Assembly (NCBI GenBank): GCA_963695555.1
Contig: CAVOGR010000002.1
Coordinates: 96,001 to 160,000, forward strand
Source of the DNA: an uncultured Gemmatimonadales bacterium
GTDB taxonomy: Bacteria > Gemmatimonadota > Gemmatimonadetes > Gemmatimonadales > GWC2-71-9
Reading direction: 5' to 3'
DNA length: 64,000 nucleotides
Both the position numbers and the translations under genes were made by a program. Below the pieces are notes generated by a model. The model ran no database searches and was not told the origin of the DNA. It saw only the letters and a program-made list of their open reading frames with translations. Positions within the stretch are counted from its first letter, which is position 1. Each line of letters starts with the position of its first letter. This document shows, in pieces, positions 9,263-19,144 of the stretch.

Positions 9263-10495
9263 GTGGCGACTCGGAAACGTGCACGGTCCTCCCGCCACGG
9301 GCAGGCAGGCCGCCGCGGCGATGATGTACGCTCGGATCTGTTCGTCTCGGCGACGATCGCGCCGTCCGGAGGTACCCGCATCCGGCTGGCATCGAAGGTC
9401 GAGTCGTTCTACGGAGACTCGATTCGCGAGACCGTCGACGGCGTGCTCACGAGCCTCGGCGTGCGGCATGCCACGGTGCAGATCGAGGACCAGGGTGCGG
9501 TGCCGTTCGTCATAGCCGCCCGAGTGGAGGCAGCGCTGCGGCGGGCCGGGGCCGGTGGTCGCGGCGGAGATGCACGGCCGGAACGCACCGTCGTTCGCGC
9601 CGGACCCACGGCGCGCGACCGGCTCCGCCGCTCGCGGCTCTATCTGCCCGGCAACGAGCCCAAGTTCATGCTCAATGCCGGCATCCACCGCCCGGACGCG
9701 ATCATTCTCGATCTCGAGGACTCGGTCCATCCCAACGACAAGGATACCGCACGGCTCCTGGTCCGAAACGCCCTCCGGTGCGTGGATTTCATGGGCGCCG
9801 AGCGCATGGTTCGAATCAACCAGCTCCCGCTCGGGCTCGACGATCTCGACGCCATTGTGCCGGAAGACCCGGACCTGATCCTCATCCCCAAGACCGAACA
9901 CGCCGATCAGGTGCGGCAGGTGCACGACCACATCGCCGAATTGCGCAACGCAGGTGGCGATGGTCATCCCGTCTGGCTGATGCCGATCTTGGAATCGGCA
10001 CTCGGCGTGGAGCACGCGCACGAGATCGGAACGGCTGCCGACACCGTCGTCGCCCTCACCATCGGGCTCGAGGACTACACCGCCGACCTCGGCGTGCCCA
10101 AGACCCTGGCCGGTACGGAATCTTCCTACGCCCGGACGCGCTTGGTGAACGCGGCGCGGGCGGCAGGGGTGCAGGCCATCGATTCCGTCTTCGGCGACGT
10201 TGGCGACATGGACGGGCTCGCCGCCTGGGCGGAGCGCTCCCGCGGGCTCGGCTTCGAGGGCATGGGCTGCATTCACCCGCGGCAGATCGAGCCGATTCAC
10301 CGGGCCTTCGCGCCGACGGCTGAGGAGATCGAGAAGGCGCAGAAGATCGTGGCCGCGTTCGAGGAGGCCGACCGGAAGGGGCTGGGCGTCGTGAGCCTCG
10401 GCACCCGGATGGTCGATCCCCCGGTCGTCAAGCGGGCGCAGCGGCTCATCGCGACGGCGCGCCAGGCCGGCCTGATTCCCGGGAGTACCCCATGA
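9263..10495 (+). CDS. citE: Citrate lyase acyl-carrier (CitD-like) domain fused to citryl-CoA lyase beta subunit (CitE)
   Basis: N-terminal AG..RSD...SKVESFYGDSIR...IEDQGAVPFVIAARVEAA (CitD-like); C-terminal RRSRLYLPGN, LDLEDSV, VRIN, GLEDYTADLG, CIHPRQI. Confidence 0.88.
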   Translation: MATRKRARSSRHGQAGRRGDDVRSDLFVSATIAPSGGTRIRLASKVESFYGDSIRETVDGVLTSLGVRHATVQIEDQGAVPFVIAARVEAALRRAGAGGRGGDARPERTVVRAGPTARDRLRRSRLYLPGNEPKFMLNAGIHRPDAIILDLEDSVHPNDKDTARLLVRNALRCVDFMGAERMVRINQLPLGLDDLDAIVPEDPDLILIPKTEHADQVRQVHDHIAELRNAGGDGHPVWLMPILESALGVEHAHEIGTAADTVVALTIGLEDYTADLGVPKTLAGTESSYARTRLVNAARAAGVQAIDSVFGDVGDMDGLAAWAERSRGLGFEGMGCIHPRQIEPIHRAFAPTAEEIEKAQKIVAAFEEADRKGLGVVSLGTRMVDPPVVKRAQRLIATARQAGLIPGSTP

Positions 10496-12099
10496 CGCCG
10501 CGCACACGACGGACGCCGAAACGGGCGACCAAGACCACCCCGGAGTTCGTGGTGAACGCGGCGGGACGGCGCGTTCCCACCATGGTGAACGGACAGCCGC
10601 AGGTTCCTTATAAGGGTGTCGGCAAGTACCGGCCAACCGGCGCCAAGCACGGACCGCCCATCGCGTCCTGCGCCGATTACCCGATGAGCGGCGACAAGCG
10701 GGTGAAGGGGGGGGACCTCGCGACCGCGCTCAAGCGGTGTGGCCTGCGTGACGGCATGGTGATCTCGACCCATCATCATTTGCGAAACGGCGACCGGATC
10801 GCACTCCAGGCGCTCCAAGCTGCGGCCAAGCTCGGCGTCAAAGATCTCGTTTGGCTGCCCAGCGCCTCGTTCCCTTGCCACGAGCCCGTGATCGACCTGA
10901 TGAAGGCCGGCGTGGTTCATCATATCGAAGGCAGCATGAACGGGCCGCTCGGCGAGTACTGCTCACGCGGCAAGATGCGCGGCTTGGGCGTGCTCCGCTC
11001 CCATGGCGGGCGGTGGCAGGCGATTCAGGACGGCGAGATCAAGATCGACATAGCGGTCATCGCGGCACCGACGGCCGACGCATTCGGCAACGCCGACGGC
11101 TCACACGGGCCATCAGCGTGCGGTTCGTTGGGATTCGCGCTGGCCGATTCGATGTACGCCGACCGCGTGATCGTGGTCACGGACAACCTGGTGCCCTTCC
11201 CCTGTATCCCGTGGCAGATCCAAGGCAACAACGTGGACTGCGTGGTTGAGGTCGACTCGATCGGCGACCCGTCGCTGATCGTCTCCGGCACCACCGAGAT
11301 TACCAAGAGCCCCGATCGCCTGCTGATCGCGGAATATGTGGCGCGATTCATCCAGGCCGCCGGCATCATGCGAGACGGATTCTCGTTCCAGGCCGGGGCC
11401 GGCGGCATTGCGCTCGCGTTCACCCAGTTCCTCAAGGAGATGATGAAAGCGGAAGGAGTTCGGGCCCGCTTCGTCCGCGGCGGGTCGACCCAGTACCTGG
11501 TCGACCTGCTGAATGAGGGTCTGACGGATTACATCCTGGATGGCCAGACCTTTGACTTGGCCGGCGTCGCGTCGATCGGATCCAATCCGCGGCACGTGCC
11601 CACGTCACCGTTTACGTCGTACAACTTCCACGGCAAGGGCAACTTCGCCTCCCTGGTCGATGCGGCAGTCCTCGGCGCGACCGAGGTGGACATCGACTTC
11701 AACGCCAACGTCGTCACCCACTCCGACGGCCTCTTGCTGCACGGAATCGGCGGCTGGCAGAATTGCCTCTTCAGCGGGTGTACCATCCTCGCGGTTCCGG
11801 CCTTTCGGGACAGGATCCCAGTGATCGTGAATGAGGTCACCACCGTCACGGGCCCGTCCGAGCTGATCGATGTCGTGGTGACCGAGCGTGGCATTGCGAT
11901 CAACCCGCGCCGGAAGGATCTCGTGAAAGCGACCCGCCATTCCGGACTCCCCATTCGCCCGATCGCAGAGATCAAGGCGGAGGTCGAAGCGATCGTCGGC
12001 GGCCCGCCCCAACCTCCTGCCCTGCTCGAGCGCCCGGTGGCGGTGATCAAGTGGGTCGACGGCACGCTGTTGGATACCGTCTGGCAGGTGGCGCAATAG
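10492..12099 (+). CDS. citF: Citrate lyase alpha subunit (citrate CoA-transferase)-like
   Basis: LRDGMVISTHHHLRNGD, RSHGGR, ACGSLGFA, FQAGAGG, LGATEVD, VVVTERGIAINP. Confidence 0.9.
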   Translation: MTPRTRRTPKRATKTTPEFVVNAAGRRVPTMVNGQPQVPYKGVGKYRPTGAKHGPPIASCADYPMSGDKRVKGGDLATALKRCGLRDGMVISTHHHLRNGDRIALQALQAAAKLGVKDLVWLPSASFPCHEPVIDLMKAGVVHHIEGSMNGPLGEYCSRGKMRGLGVLRSHGGRWQAIQDGEIKIDIAVIAAPTADAFGNADGSHGPSACGSLGFALADSMYADRVIVVTDNLVPFPCIPWQIQGNNVDCVVEVDSIGDPSLIVSGTTEITKSPDRLLIAEYVARFIQAAGIMRDGFSFQAGAGGIALAFTQFLKEMMKAEGVRARFVRGGSTQYLVDLLNEGLTDYILDGQTFDLAGVASIGSNPRHVPTSPFTSYNFHGKGNFASLVDAAVLGATEVDIDFNANVVTHSDGLLLHGIGGWQNCLFSGCTILAVPAFRDRIPVIVNEVTTVTGPSELIDVVVTERGIAINPRRKDLVKATRHSGLPIRPIAEIKAEVEAIVGGPPQPPALLERPVAVIKWVDGTLLDTVWQVAQ

Positions 12100-12113
12100 C
12101 GGGAAGGCGTGGC

Positions 12114-12932
12114 TCAGCGAGTCGGGCCGATGCCCTGGTAGCGCAGGTTCCGGGTTCCGTCGGGGTTGTGGACGTAGTGCAGTGACAAGTCGCGCGCGAT
12201 ATCGGGCGCGGATTCCATGGCGAACGCCGTTGGGATGAACTCGAACTTGGCGTAATGCTCGCCGTCCCGCGTCCTCACGAAGTAGATACCGCCATCAGAT
12301 CCAAAGTCGAGCTCGGCGGTAGCTGCGTACCCGTCCGCCGGAGCGGTGTCGGTATAGATGAGGAACATGTTGTCGACGCCCAGCTCTTCTCGTGAGACGA
12401 ATCGGATGCCGCCGGCTCCGGATACTCGGAGCCGCATGTTTCCCCTCGACCCAGGCTCGACGGATTCCGGGAAGATGTCGGCATTGTCTGCAGTGGTCGC
12501 GAGCCGGCGCGTCGCGAAGTCCCAGCCGTAATAGCTCCCGTCGGTCTTCTGTCCCAGCCTGAGGAACCCACTGGGCAGCGCCTTCAGACCTTCGATTCGC
12601 TGCTTGAGGCGGATGCGAACCTCAGCGTTTCGGGGATACCACGACTGGAACCGCTGGTAGCCCTGATGCTCCACCCAGAGATTGACGCTGCTGCCGTGCC
12701 GATACCCGATGGTGAACGCACCCACGGAATCGGTTGTGGTGAAGGTTGAGTAATCCTTGTCCCACACCAGGCTCCCATTGCTCAAGCCCCAGCCATGCTG
12801 GGCGGCGCGGATGGTGGCACCCTCGATGGGCCGGTCGGTCTCGAAGTCCGTTGCCGTGCCGGAGACGTGCTTCTCGGTTAAGCATCCGGCCAGGCTCAAC
12901 GCCACCGGGATCACAAGGCTGAAAGCCTTCAT
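12114..12932 (-). CDS. Hypothetical lipoprotein with carboxypeptidase-regulatory-like N-terminal domain
   Basis: Lipobox LSLAGC; VSGTATDFETDRPIEGATI. Confidence 0.65.
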   Translation of the reverse strand: MKAFSLVIPVALSLAGCLTEKHVSGTATDFETDRPIEGATIRAAQHGWGLSNGSLVWDKDYSTFTTTDSVGAFTIGYRHGSSVNLWVEHQGYQRFQSWYPRNAEVRIRLKQRIEGLKALPSGFLRLGQKTDGSYYGWDFATRRLATTADNADIFPESVEPGSRGNMRLRVSGAGGIRFVSREELGVDNMFLIYTDTAPADGYAATAELDFGSDGGIYFVRTRDGEHYAKFEFIPTAFAMESAPDIARDLSLHYVHNPDGTRNLRYQGIGPTR

Positions 12933-12964
12933 ACGTTGCCCCTTCCCTTCGAACAAGGTAACCA

Positions 12965-13023
12965 GGCCAATCTTGACAATGTCAAGATTGGCCATATCTT
13001 CCTTATCTTGACGTCGTCAAGAT
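12965..13023. promoter_or_regulatory. Tandem palindromic operators ATCTTGAC-N3-GTCAAGAT between divergent genes
   Basis: Copies at 12970-12988 (within a 14-bp-arm perfect palindrome 12965-12993) and 13005-13023; first copy overlaps TTGACA-N16-TATCTT. Confidence 0.75.
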
Positions 13024-13039
13024 TTTGGAGATCGAAGCC

Positions 13040-13873
13040 ATGCGCATTAGAGGGAAAACCGCCATCGTCACCGGGGCCTCCAGCGGGCTCGGCCGAGAGA
13101 CCGCCCTGCTCCTTGCGAAGTACGGGGCCTCGGTCGCTCTCGTGGCACGCCGCCAGGAACTGCTCGAAGAGGTGGCGAAGGAGGCTCGGGCATTAGTCGG
13201 CGGGGGCTCAGTACTCGCGATGCCGTCGGACGTTGGCGATCCCGCCCAGGTGTCGGCCAGCCTGGACCTCATCCGGGAGCGGCTGGGCGAGCCGGATATC
13301 CTGGTCAACGCCGCCGGCATCGGTATCTGGAAGAGGTTCGCCGAGGTAACCGACGCGGAGCACCGCGCGATGATGCGGGTCAACTACTGGGGCGCCTTTC
13401 ACTGGATCCGGCAGGTGTTGCCGGGTATGCGCGAGCGCCGCCGCGGGCGCATCGTGAATGTCTCTTCGGGCGCCGGCAAGATCGGGTTCGCGGTCACCAG
13501 CGGTTACAGCGCGTCCAAATTCGCGCTCACCGGCCTCTCGGAGGCATTGCATCGGGAATTGCTGGGCAGCGGTGTCGGCGTGTCCTGTATCCATCCCGGG
13601 AGCGTGCGCACCTCGTTCTGGAACGAAGCCAATATCCCTTCCAGTCAACTCCCGCCGCTCATCCGCTACGCGCCCAAGCTGTCGGCTAATGCCGTGGCAC
13701 GAAATGTCTGCTACTGCATCTGGCTCGGAATTCCAGTGCGAACCCTGCCGATCTTCGTCGGCCTGCTCACCCGCGCGAACGCCCTCTGGATTCGCCTGGG
13801 TGACCTGATGCTCTGGAAGTGGTTCGTTCCCGCCCTCGTTCTGGTAATCGTGCTGCGACTCCTGTTGCGTTGA
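13040..13873 (+). CDS. SDR family oxidoreductase
   Basis: TGASSGLG, VNAAG, YSASK; C-terminal hydrophobic tail. Confidence 0.9.
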   Translation: MRIRGKTAIVTGASSGLGRETALLLAKYGASVALVARRQELLEEVAKEARALVGGGSVLAMPSDVGDPAQVSASLDLIRERLGEPDILVNAAGIGIWKRFAEVTDAEHRAMMRVNYWGAFHWIRQVLPGMRERRRGRIVNVSSGAGKIGFAVTSGYSASKFALTGLSEALHRELLGSGVGVSCIHPGSVRTSFWNEANIPSSQLPPLIRYAPKLSANAVARNVCYCIWLGIPVRTLPIFVGLLTRANALWIRLGDLMLWKWFVPALVLVIVLRLLLR

Positions 13874-13901
13874 CGTCCGTCTAGAGAGAGACTCGGGCAT
13901 C

Positions 13902-14375
13902 ATGATGCAGTGGTACAACCTCCTTCACATCGTCGGTGTGATCCTGTTCTTCGCGGGGTTCGTCGGGGCGCTTCTGTCTCAACGATTCGCCGACCGCACT
14001 CAGGACCCCCGCATCGTGGCCCACACCTTCCGAGTCATGAACTTCAGCGATCGTTGGCTCACGCCAATCGCCATCATCCTGATTCTGCTCGGCGGATTCG
14101 GCGCCGCATCGAGGGCCGGCCTGCCGATTGTCCGGACAGGGTGGATCTTCTGGTCGCTGGTACTCTTCGGCATCTCGGGTGTGATCTTTGTGGCACGGGC
14201 ACTGCCACTGCAGCTGAGAATCGAGAACCTGGCGACGGGTGACCCTAACGAGTTCGATTGGGACGCCTACAGAAACCTGTCCCGCTCCTGGTCGAGGTGG
14301 GCCCACTTAGCCTTCGTGGCGGTCCTCGTTGCGTTGGTCATGATGGTGTTCAGGCCATATCTTCCCGTTCCCTGA
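13902..14375 (+). CDS. DUF2269-like integral membrane protein
   Basis: LLHIVGVILF, four TM helices, C-terminal LVMMVFRP. Confidence 0.7.
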   Translation: MMQWYNLLHIVGVILFFAGFVGALLSQRFADRTQDPRIVAHTFRVMNFSDRWLTPIAIILILLGGFGAASRAGLPIVRTGWIFWSLVLFGISGVIFVARALPLQLRIENLATGDPNEFDWDAYRNLSRSWSRWAHLAFVAVLVALVMMVFRPYLPVP

Positions 14376-14546
14376 CCCTCTGAGCCCAGCACCGGTCTCG
14401 CGCCGGCCAGCCCGCGAGCGTATGCTCCCTGGGGATTGCATCTCCGAGTAGCTTCAAGAATCGGAGGACGCGTCAGCCCGAGGAGATCCTGCAGCGGTTC
14501 ATCTCTGCCGGCGGCGCTGGCTGCTCCGGGAGGGCGCTGAGCGGCC

Positions 14547-14706
14547 TGGCTATTGGCTATTGGCTATTGGCTAGGCTTGGCTATTGGCTATTGGCCCGCG
14601 AAGGTAAAAGGCCGCTCTCCTTCCCCTTCCCCCTTCCCGCCTTCCCGCCTCACTCCTCACTCCTTACTCCTTACTCCTCACTCCTCACTCATTACTTCCC
14701 GCCTTC
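14547..14706. repeat. Heptamer tandem repeats (TTGGCTA)n followed by (CTTCCCG/CTCACTC/CTTACTC)n
   Basis: Directly visible 7-bp periodic tracts. Confidence 0.85.
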
Positions 14707-14805
14707 TTGACGCTCCGGATACTCGGGTGGAGTATTGGAATGCTCCGACCCTGTGTCATCAGAGTCAGAGCCGTGTCTGTTTGTCCCGAAGTCAGGAGGT
14801 GCTGT

Positions 14806-16359
<1,554 letters not shown>

Positions 16360-16362
16360 GCG

Positions 16363-16782
16363 ATGCCGCAGGCCGAGCCTTCAGTTCCAGGAAATGTGGC
16401 ACGCGTCGTCATCACCGATGCGGCAGAGGCCGTGTTGCGCCAGCTCGTGGCGCAACACGGCCCGCTCCTCTTTCATCAGTCGGGGGGCTGTTGCGACGGC
16501 AGCTCTCCGATGTGCTATCCCAGGGACGAGTTTCGCATTGGCCAGCGGGACGTGCTACTCGGCGACGTCGACGGCACACCGTTCTATATCGGCGCCGAGC
16601 AGTTCGAAGTCTGGCAACACACCCAGCTCGTGATCGACGTCGTGCCGGGCCGTGGTTCCGGCTTTTCGCTCGAGGCGCCCTTAGGTGTCCGGTTTCTCAC
16701 CCGTTCACGGGTGTTCGATCCGGACGAACAGGCCTGGCTCGACGGCTGTCCGCCCAGGCGAGGGCCGGACCCGGGCTCCTAG
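16363..16782 (+). CDS. DUF779 family protein
   Basis: FHQSGGCCDGSSPMCYP, PGRGSGFSLE; usual aldB neighbour. Confidence 0.9.
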   Translation: MPQAEPSVPGNVARVVITDAAEAVLRQLVAQHGPLLFHQSGGCCDGSSPMCYPRDEFRIGQRDVLLGDVDGTPFYIGAEQFEVWQHTQLVIDVVPGRGSGFSLEAPLGVRFLTRSRVFDPDEQAWLDGCPPRRGPDPGS

Positions 16783-16795
16783 ACGCATACTGTCA

Positions 16796-16883
16796 GCTAT
16801 TGGATATTGGCTATTGGAGGGAGTAGGGAGTGGGGAGCAGGGAGTTGAAGCGCACTCCGCTATCCACTCCTTACTCCTTACTC
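16796..16883. repeat. Heptamer repeats (GCTATTG; GGAGTAG / CTTACTC inverted arms)
   Basis: Purine-rich arm followed by complementary pyrimidine-rich arm between convergent genes. Confidence 0.75.
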
Positions 16884-16913
16884 GGCTGGGGCGGCTCGGA
16901 AGGCCAGGGTAGT

Positions 16914-17771
16914 CTAGCGGGTGTGGAAATGCAGCGGGTCCCTGAGGTTCTGCAACTCCCGGTAGAAATAGAGGGGCGTTGGCCGCTTGCCCTTGAACCT
17001 GAGCTGCTTGAGGAACGCGATTTCTTCTTCGGTCGCCGTGCCGCTGAGGGTCGCATCCTGAAGGAATCTCCTGAACCCCAGCTCTTCGACGAGAAGCTGG
17101 TCGGCTTCCCGTTCCATGAACTCGAATCGCTTCACATGCCCAGAAAACACTCTGGGGTTCAAGACAATGTTTAGGGCAAACGTCGCGAGGTCGATGTCCC
17201 AGGATTCAATCAGCGGATCCAGAAACGAGACGCAGTGTTCCTGGGACAGAAGGAAGATGTCCGTATCGAGGAATTCGAGGACGATGACGCGCATCTCCTC
17301 AAAGCTTCGGCCGCCGAGTTCAGCCACCATGCGGAGCCAGTATTCATTCTCCAATTCCTTCGTGGCCTCTCCCTTGACCACGTCGAGCAGCGTCTGGGTG
17401 ACCAGCCGCTCGACGTCCCCGAAGGCCTCCTTCTCGAAGATCGCGCGGATCTGCCCTGCGCGCTTGGGAACGCATTTGCTCAGGATCAACCCGCGGACTT
17501 CCCGGAAGAGGGGGGCGGGTTCGTCTCCCAACTCCCGCTTCAATTCCTCCTTCCGCTGAGCGTCAGCGACTCTGGCCAGCTCCCCGGTCGGCAGTTTCAG
17601 GAACTGGTCCATTCTTGCGTAGATGTCCGTCCGGTTGGGCGCCGGGGGGGCCTTCTTCCGGGTCAGGAGTTGCGAGACATAGGACTCGGTGACGCGGGCC
17701 GCTTGGGCCAGTCCCTTTTGCCCCAATCCCAACTCCTCGAGCCGCTGCCGAATCGCGAGCGAGACGTCCAT
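16914..17771 (-). CDS. XRE-type helix-turn-helix transcriptional regulator with uncharacterised C-terminal domain
   Basis: GGAGGAG RBS; IRQRLEELGLGQKGLAQAARVTESYVSQLL. Confidence 0.8.
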   Translation of the reverse strand: MDVSLAIRQRLEELGLGQKGLAQAARVTESYVSQLLTRKKAPPAPNRTDIYARMDQFLKLPTGELARVADAQRKEELKRELGDEPAPLFREVRGLILSKCVPKRAGQIRAIFEKEAFGDVERLVTQTLLDVVKGEATKELENEYWLRMVAELGGRSFEEMRVIVLEFLDTDIFLLSQEHCVSFLDPLIESWDIDLATFALNIVLNPRVFSGHVKRFEFMEREADQLLVEELGFRRFLQDATLSGTATEEEIAFLKQLRFKGKRPTPLYFYRELQNLRDPLHFHTR

Positions 17772-17821
17772 GAACTCCTCCACGGTCGCACTTCGTCTGA
17801 TTTACCGTATTAGTTAAAGTT

Positions 17822-17872
17822 ATAATACCATAATTACCATTACTTGACAAGTTTAGTAAAGTAGACTATCTT
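17822..17872. promoter_or_regulatory. Back-to-back sigma-70 promoters with overlapping -35 elements
   Basis: Plus: TTGACA(17844-49)-N17-TATCTT(17867-72); minus: TTGTCA(17850-45)-N17-TATTAT(17827-22); AT-rich. Confidence 0.7.
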
Positions 17873-17933
17873 CCAGTTCAGCAGCACACCGCTGATTCAG
17901 CGGTTCATGTAGGTCTCTAAAAGGGAGTTGTCT

Positions 17934-18248
17934 ATGTACGCACGTAATGTCACGCTGCATCTCAAGGCCAATACGGCTAGCGAGTTTACCCGGACTTTGG
18001 AGACGGACGTCCTCCCCGTACTCCGCAAGCAGAACGGTTTCAGGGACGAACTCTCGTTCGTCGCGTCGAACGGCAGCGACGCCGTGTCGATCAGTATGTG
18101 GGATCGCAAAGAGAGCGCGGACGCTTATAGCCGCGACACCTATCCGGCAGTGCTCAAGAGCTTGTCGAAGGTGATAGAGGGAACACCGAGGGTGGATACC
18201 TATGAGGTCTCCAACTCGACCTTCCACAAGATCGCCGCACGCGTCTAA
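17934..18248 (+). CDS. Small dimeric alpha/beta-barrel (ABM-like) protein
   Basis: GGGAG RBS; VLPVLRKQNGF, ISMWDRKESADAY. Confidence 0.65.
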   Translation: MYARNVTLHLKANTASEFTRTLETDVLPVLRKQNGFRDELSFVASNGSDAVSISMWDRKESADAYSRDTYPAVLKSLSKVIEGTPRVDTYEVSNSTFHKIAARV

Positions 18249-18343
18249 GGTCGGTCGGGCTCGATAAGAGCCAGCGGTAGGTTGCAGGGGAGGGGGGCGG
18301 TACGGTCCGCCCCTCATTCTTCTCGTATGGAAGGGGCGGGCCA

Positions 18344-18556
18344 ATGCGCTACACTCATTGCCACAAGTGCGGCGGGTTCATAAGCTACCGCAGGCAAATC
18401 TCCTATCGGTTGCCCTCCGCCACGACGCCCAGGGTGAGCCCCCACGGCGGCGTTTGTTCGTGTAGCGTATCGAAGTTGGATGGACCACCCCCCGGGTTCG
18501 CATCAGTGCCGGCCATGCCGAGTGCCCAGTATGCTCCCAGCTTAGAGCGTTCGTGA
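18344..18556 (+). CDS. Small hypothetical protein with CxxC
   Basis: HCHKCGG and CSC; ORF evidence only. Confidence 0.35.
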   Translation: MRYTHCHKCGGFISYRRQISYRLPSATTPRVSPHGGVCSCSVSKLDGPPPGFASVPAMPSAQYAPSLERS

Positions 18557-18586
18557 TGATGGATGGGATTCGAGACGGAGGTCACC

Positions 18587-18937
18587 ATGGCTGAGCACAT
18601 CCCTCACCCACCAGAGGAACTACCGCCCGACACTCGGGGCTATCTCGCGCACCGCCTAGACGGCGCGCGTGACCTCTATCTCCTGGCGCTGGCACTAGGT
18701 GACCGTAACGACGGGGTCGCGCTTTTCGGGCGGATGATCCGCGAGGCCCGCATCCACTTCGCGGCGGTCATTGAGGAAGCACGAATCGCCGGACTCGACA
18801 CGAGTGCCATCGCCGCGATGCTCGGCAAGTTGAATATCGAGCTGGCCGACAGCATCCGACCCGATCTGTGGGCGCGCGTGGAGCAGCTCATAGCCGAGGT
18901 AGCCGGCAAACGAGGGAAGCGTCGAGACACGCGCTGA
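18587..18937 (+). CDS. Hypothetical helical protein
   Basis: GGAGG RBS; 116-aa ORF. Confidence 0.55.
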   Translation: MAEHIPHPPEELPPDTRGYLAHRLDGARDLYLLALALGDRNDGVALFGRMIREARIHFAAVIEEARIAGLDTSAIAAMLGKLNIELADSIRPDLWARVEQLIAEVAGKRGKRRDTR

Positions 18938-18988
18938 CGAAGCAAGCGACCCGCCGGTGCGATGAAGGGAAGTTCGGTACTCCCTCAA

Positions 18989-19144
18989 AGCCCAGGAGTG
19001 GGCAAACAGAAATGCCCGCTCAGCTGAACGAAGGTTTTGCGGGCTTGATCCGATGCGCCGTCCAGGCGCGAGGACCGAGCCCAGGAGGGGTAACGAGAAA
19101 GCCCGCTCATATGAGCGGGCTTTCAGTTGCCCCTCCTGGGCTCG
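18989..19144. repeat. Two plus-strand copies of the tRNA-Gln 3' end plus terminator arm, inverted relative to the tRNA
   Basis: AGCCCAGGAGTGGGCAAACAGAAATGCCCGCTCA (18989-19022) and CGAGCCCAGGAGGGGTAACGAGAAAGCCCGCTCAT (19076-19110) versus tRNA 3' CGAGCCCAGGAGGGGCAACTGAAAGCCCGCTCAT on minus. Confidence 0.75.

Noticed and set aside
9263..12099. Standard fermentative citrate lyase (citCDEFXG) operon
   Set aside because: citC, citX, citG, a citrate transporter and oxaloacetate decarboxylase are absent from the window, and the carrier domain is fused and atypical
16914..19144. Intact prophage or integrative element at tRNA-Gln
   Set aside because: No integrase or phage genes, and I found no direct repeat of the tRNA 3' end at the far boundary
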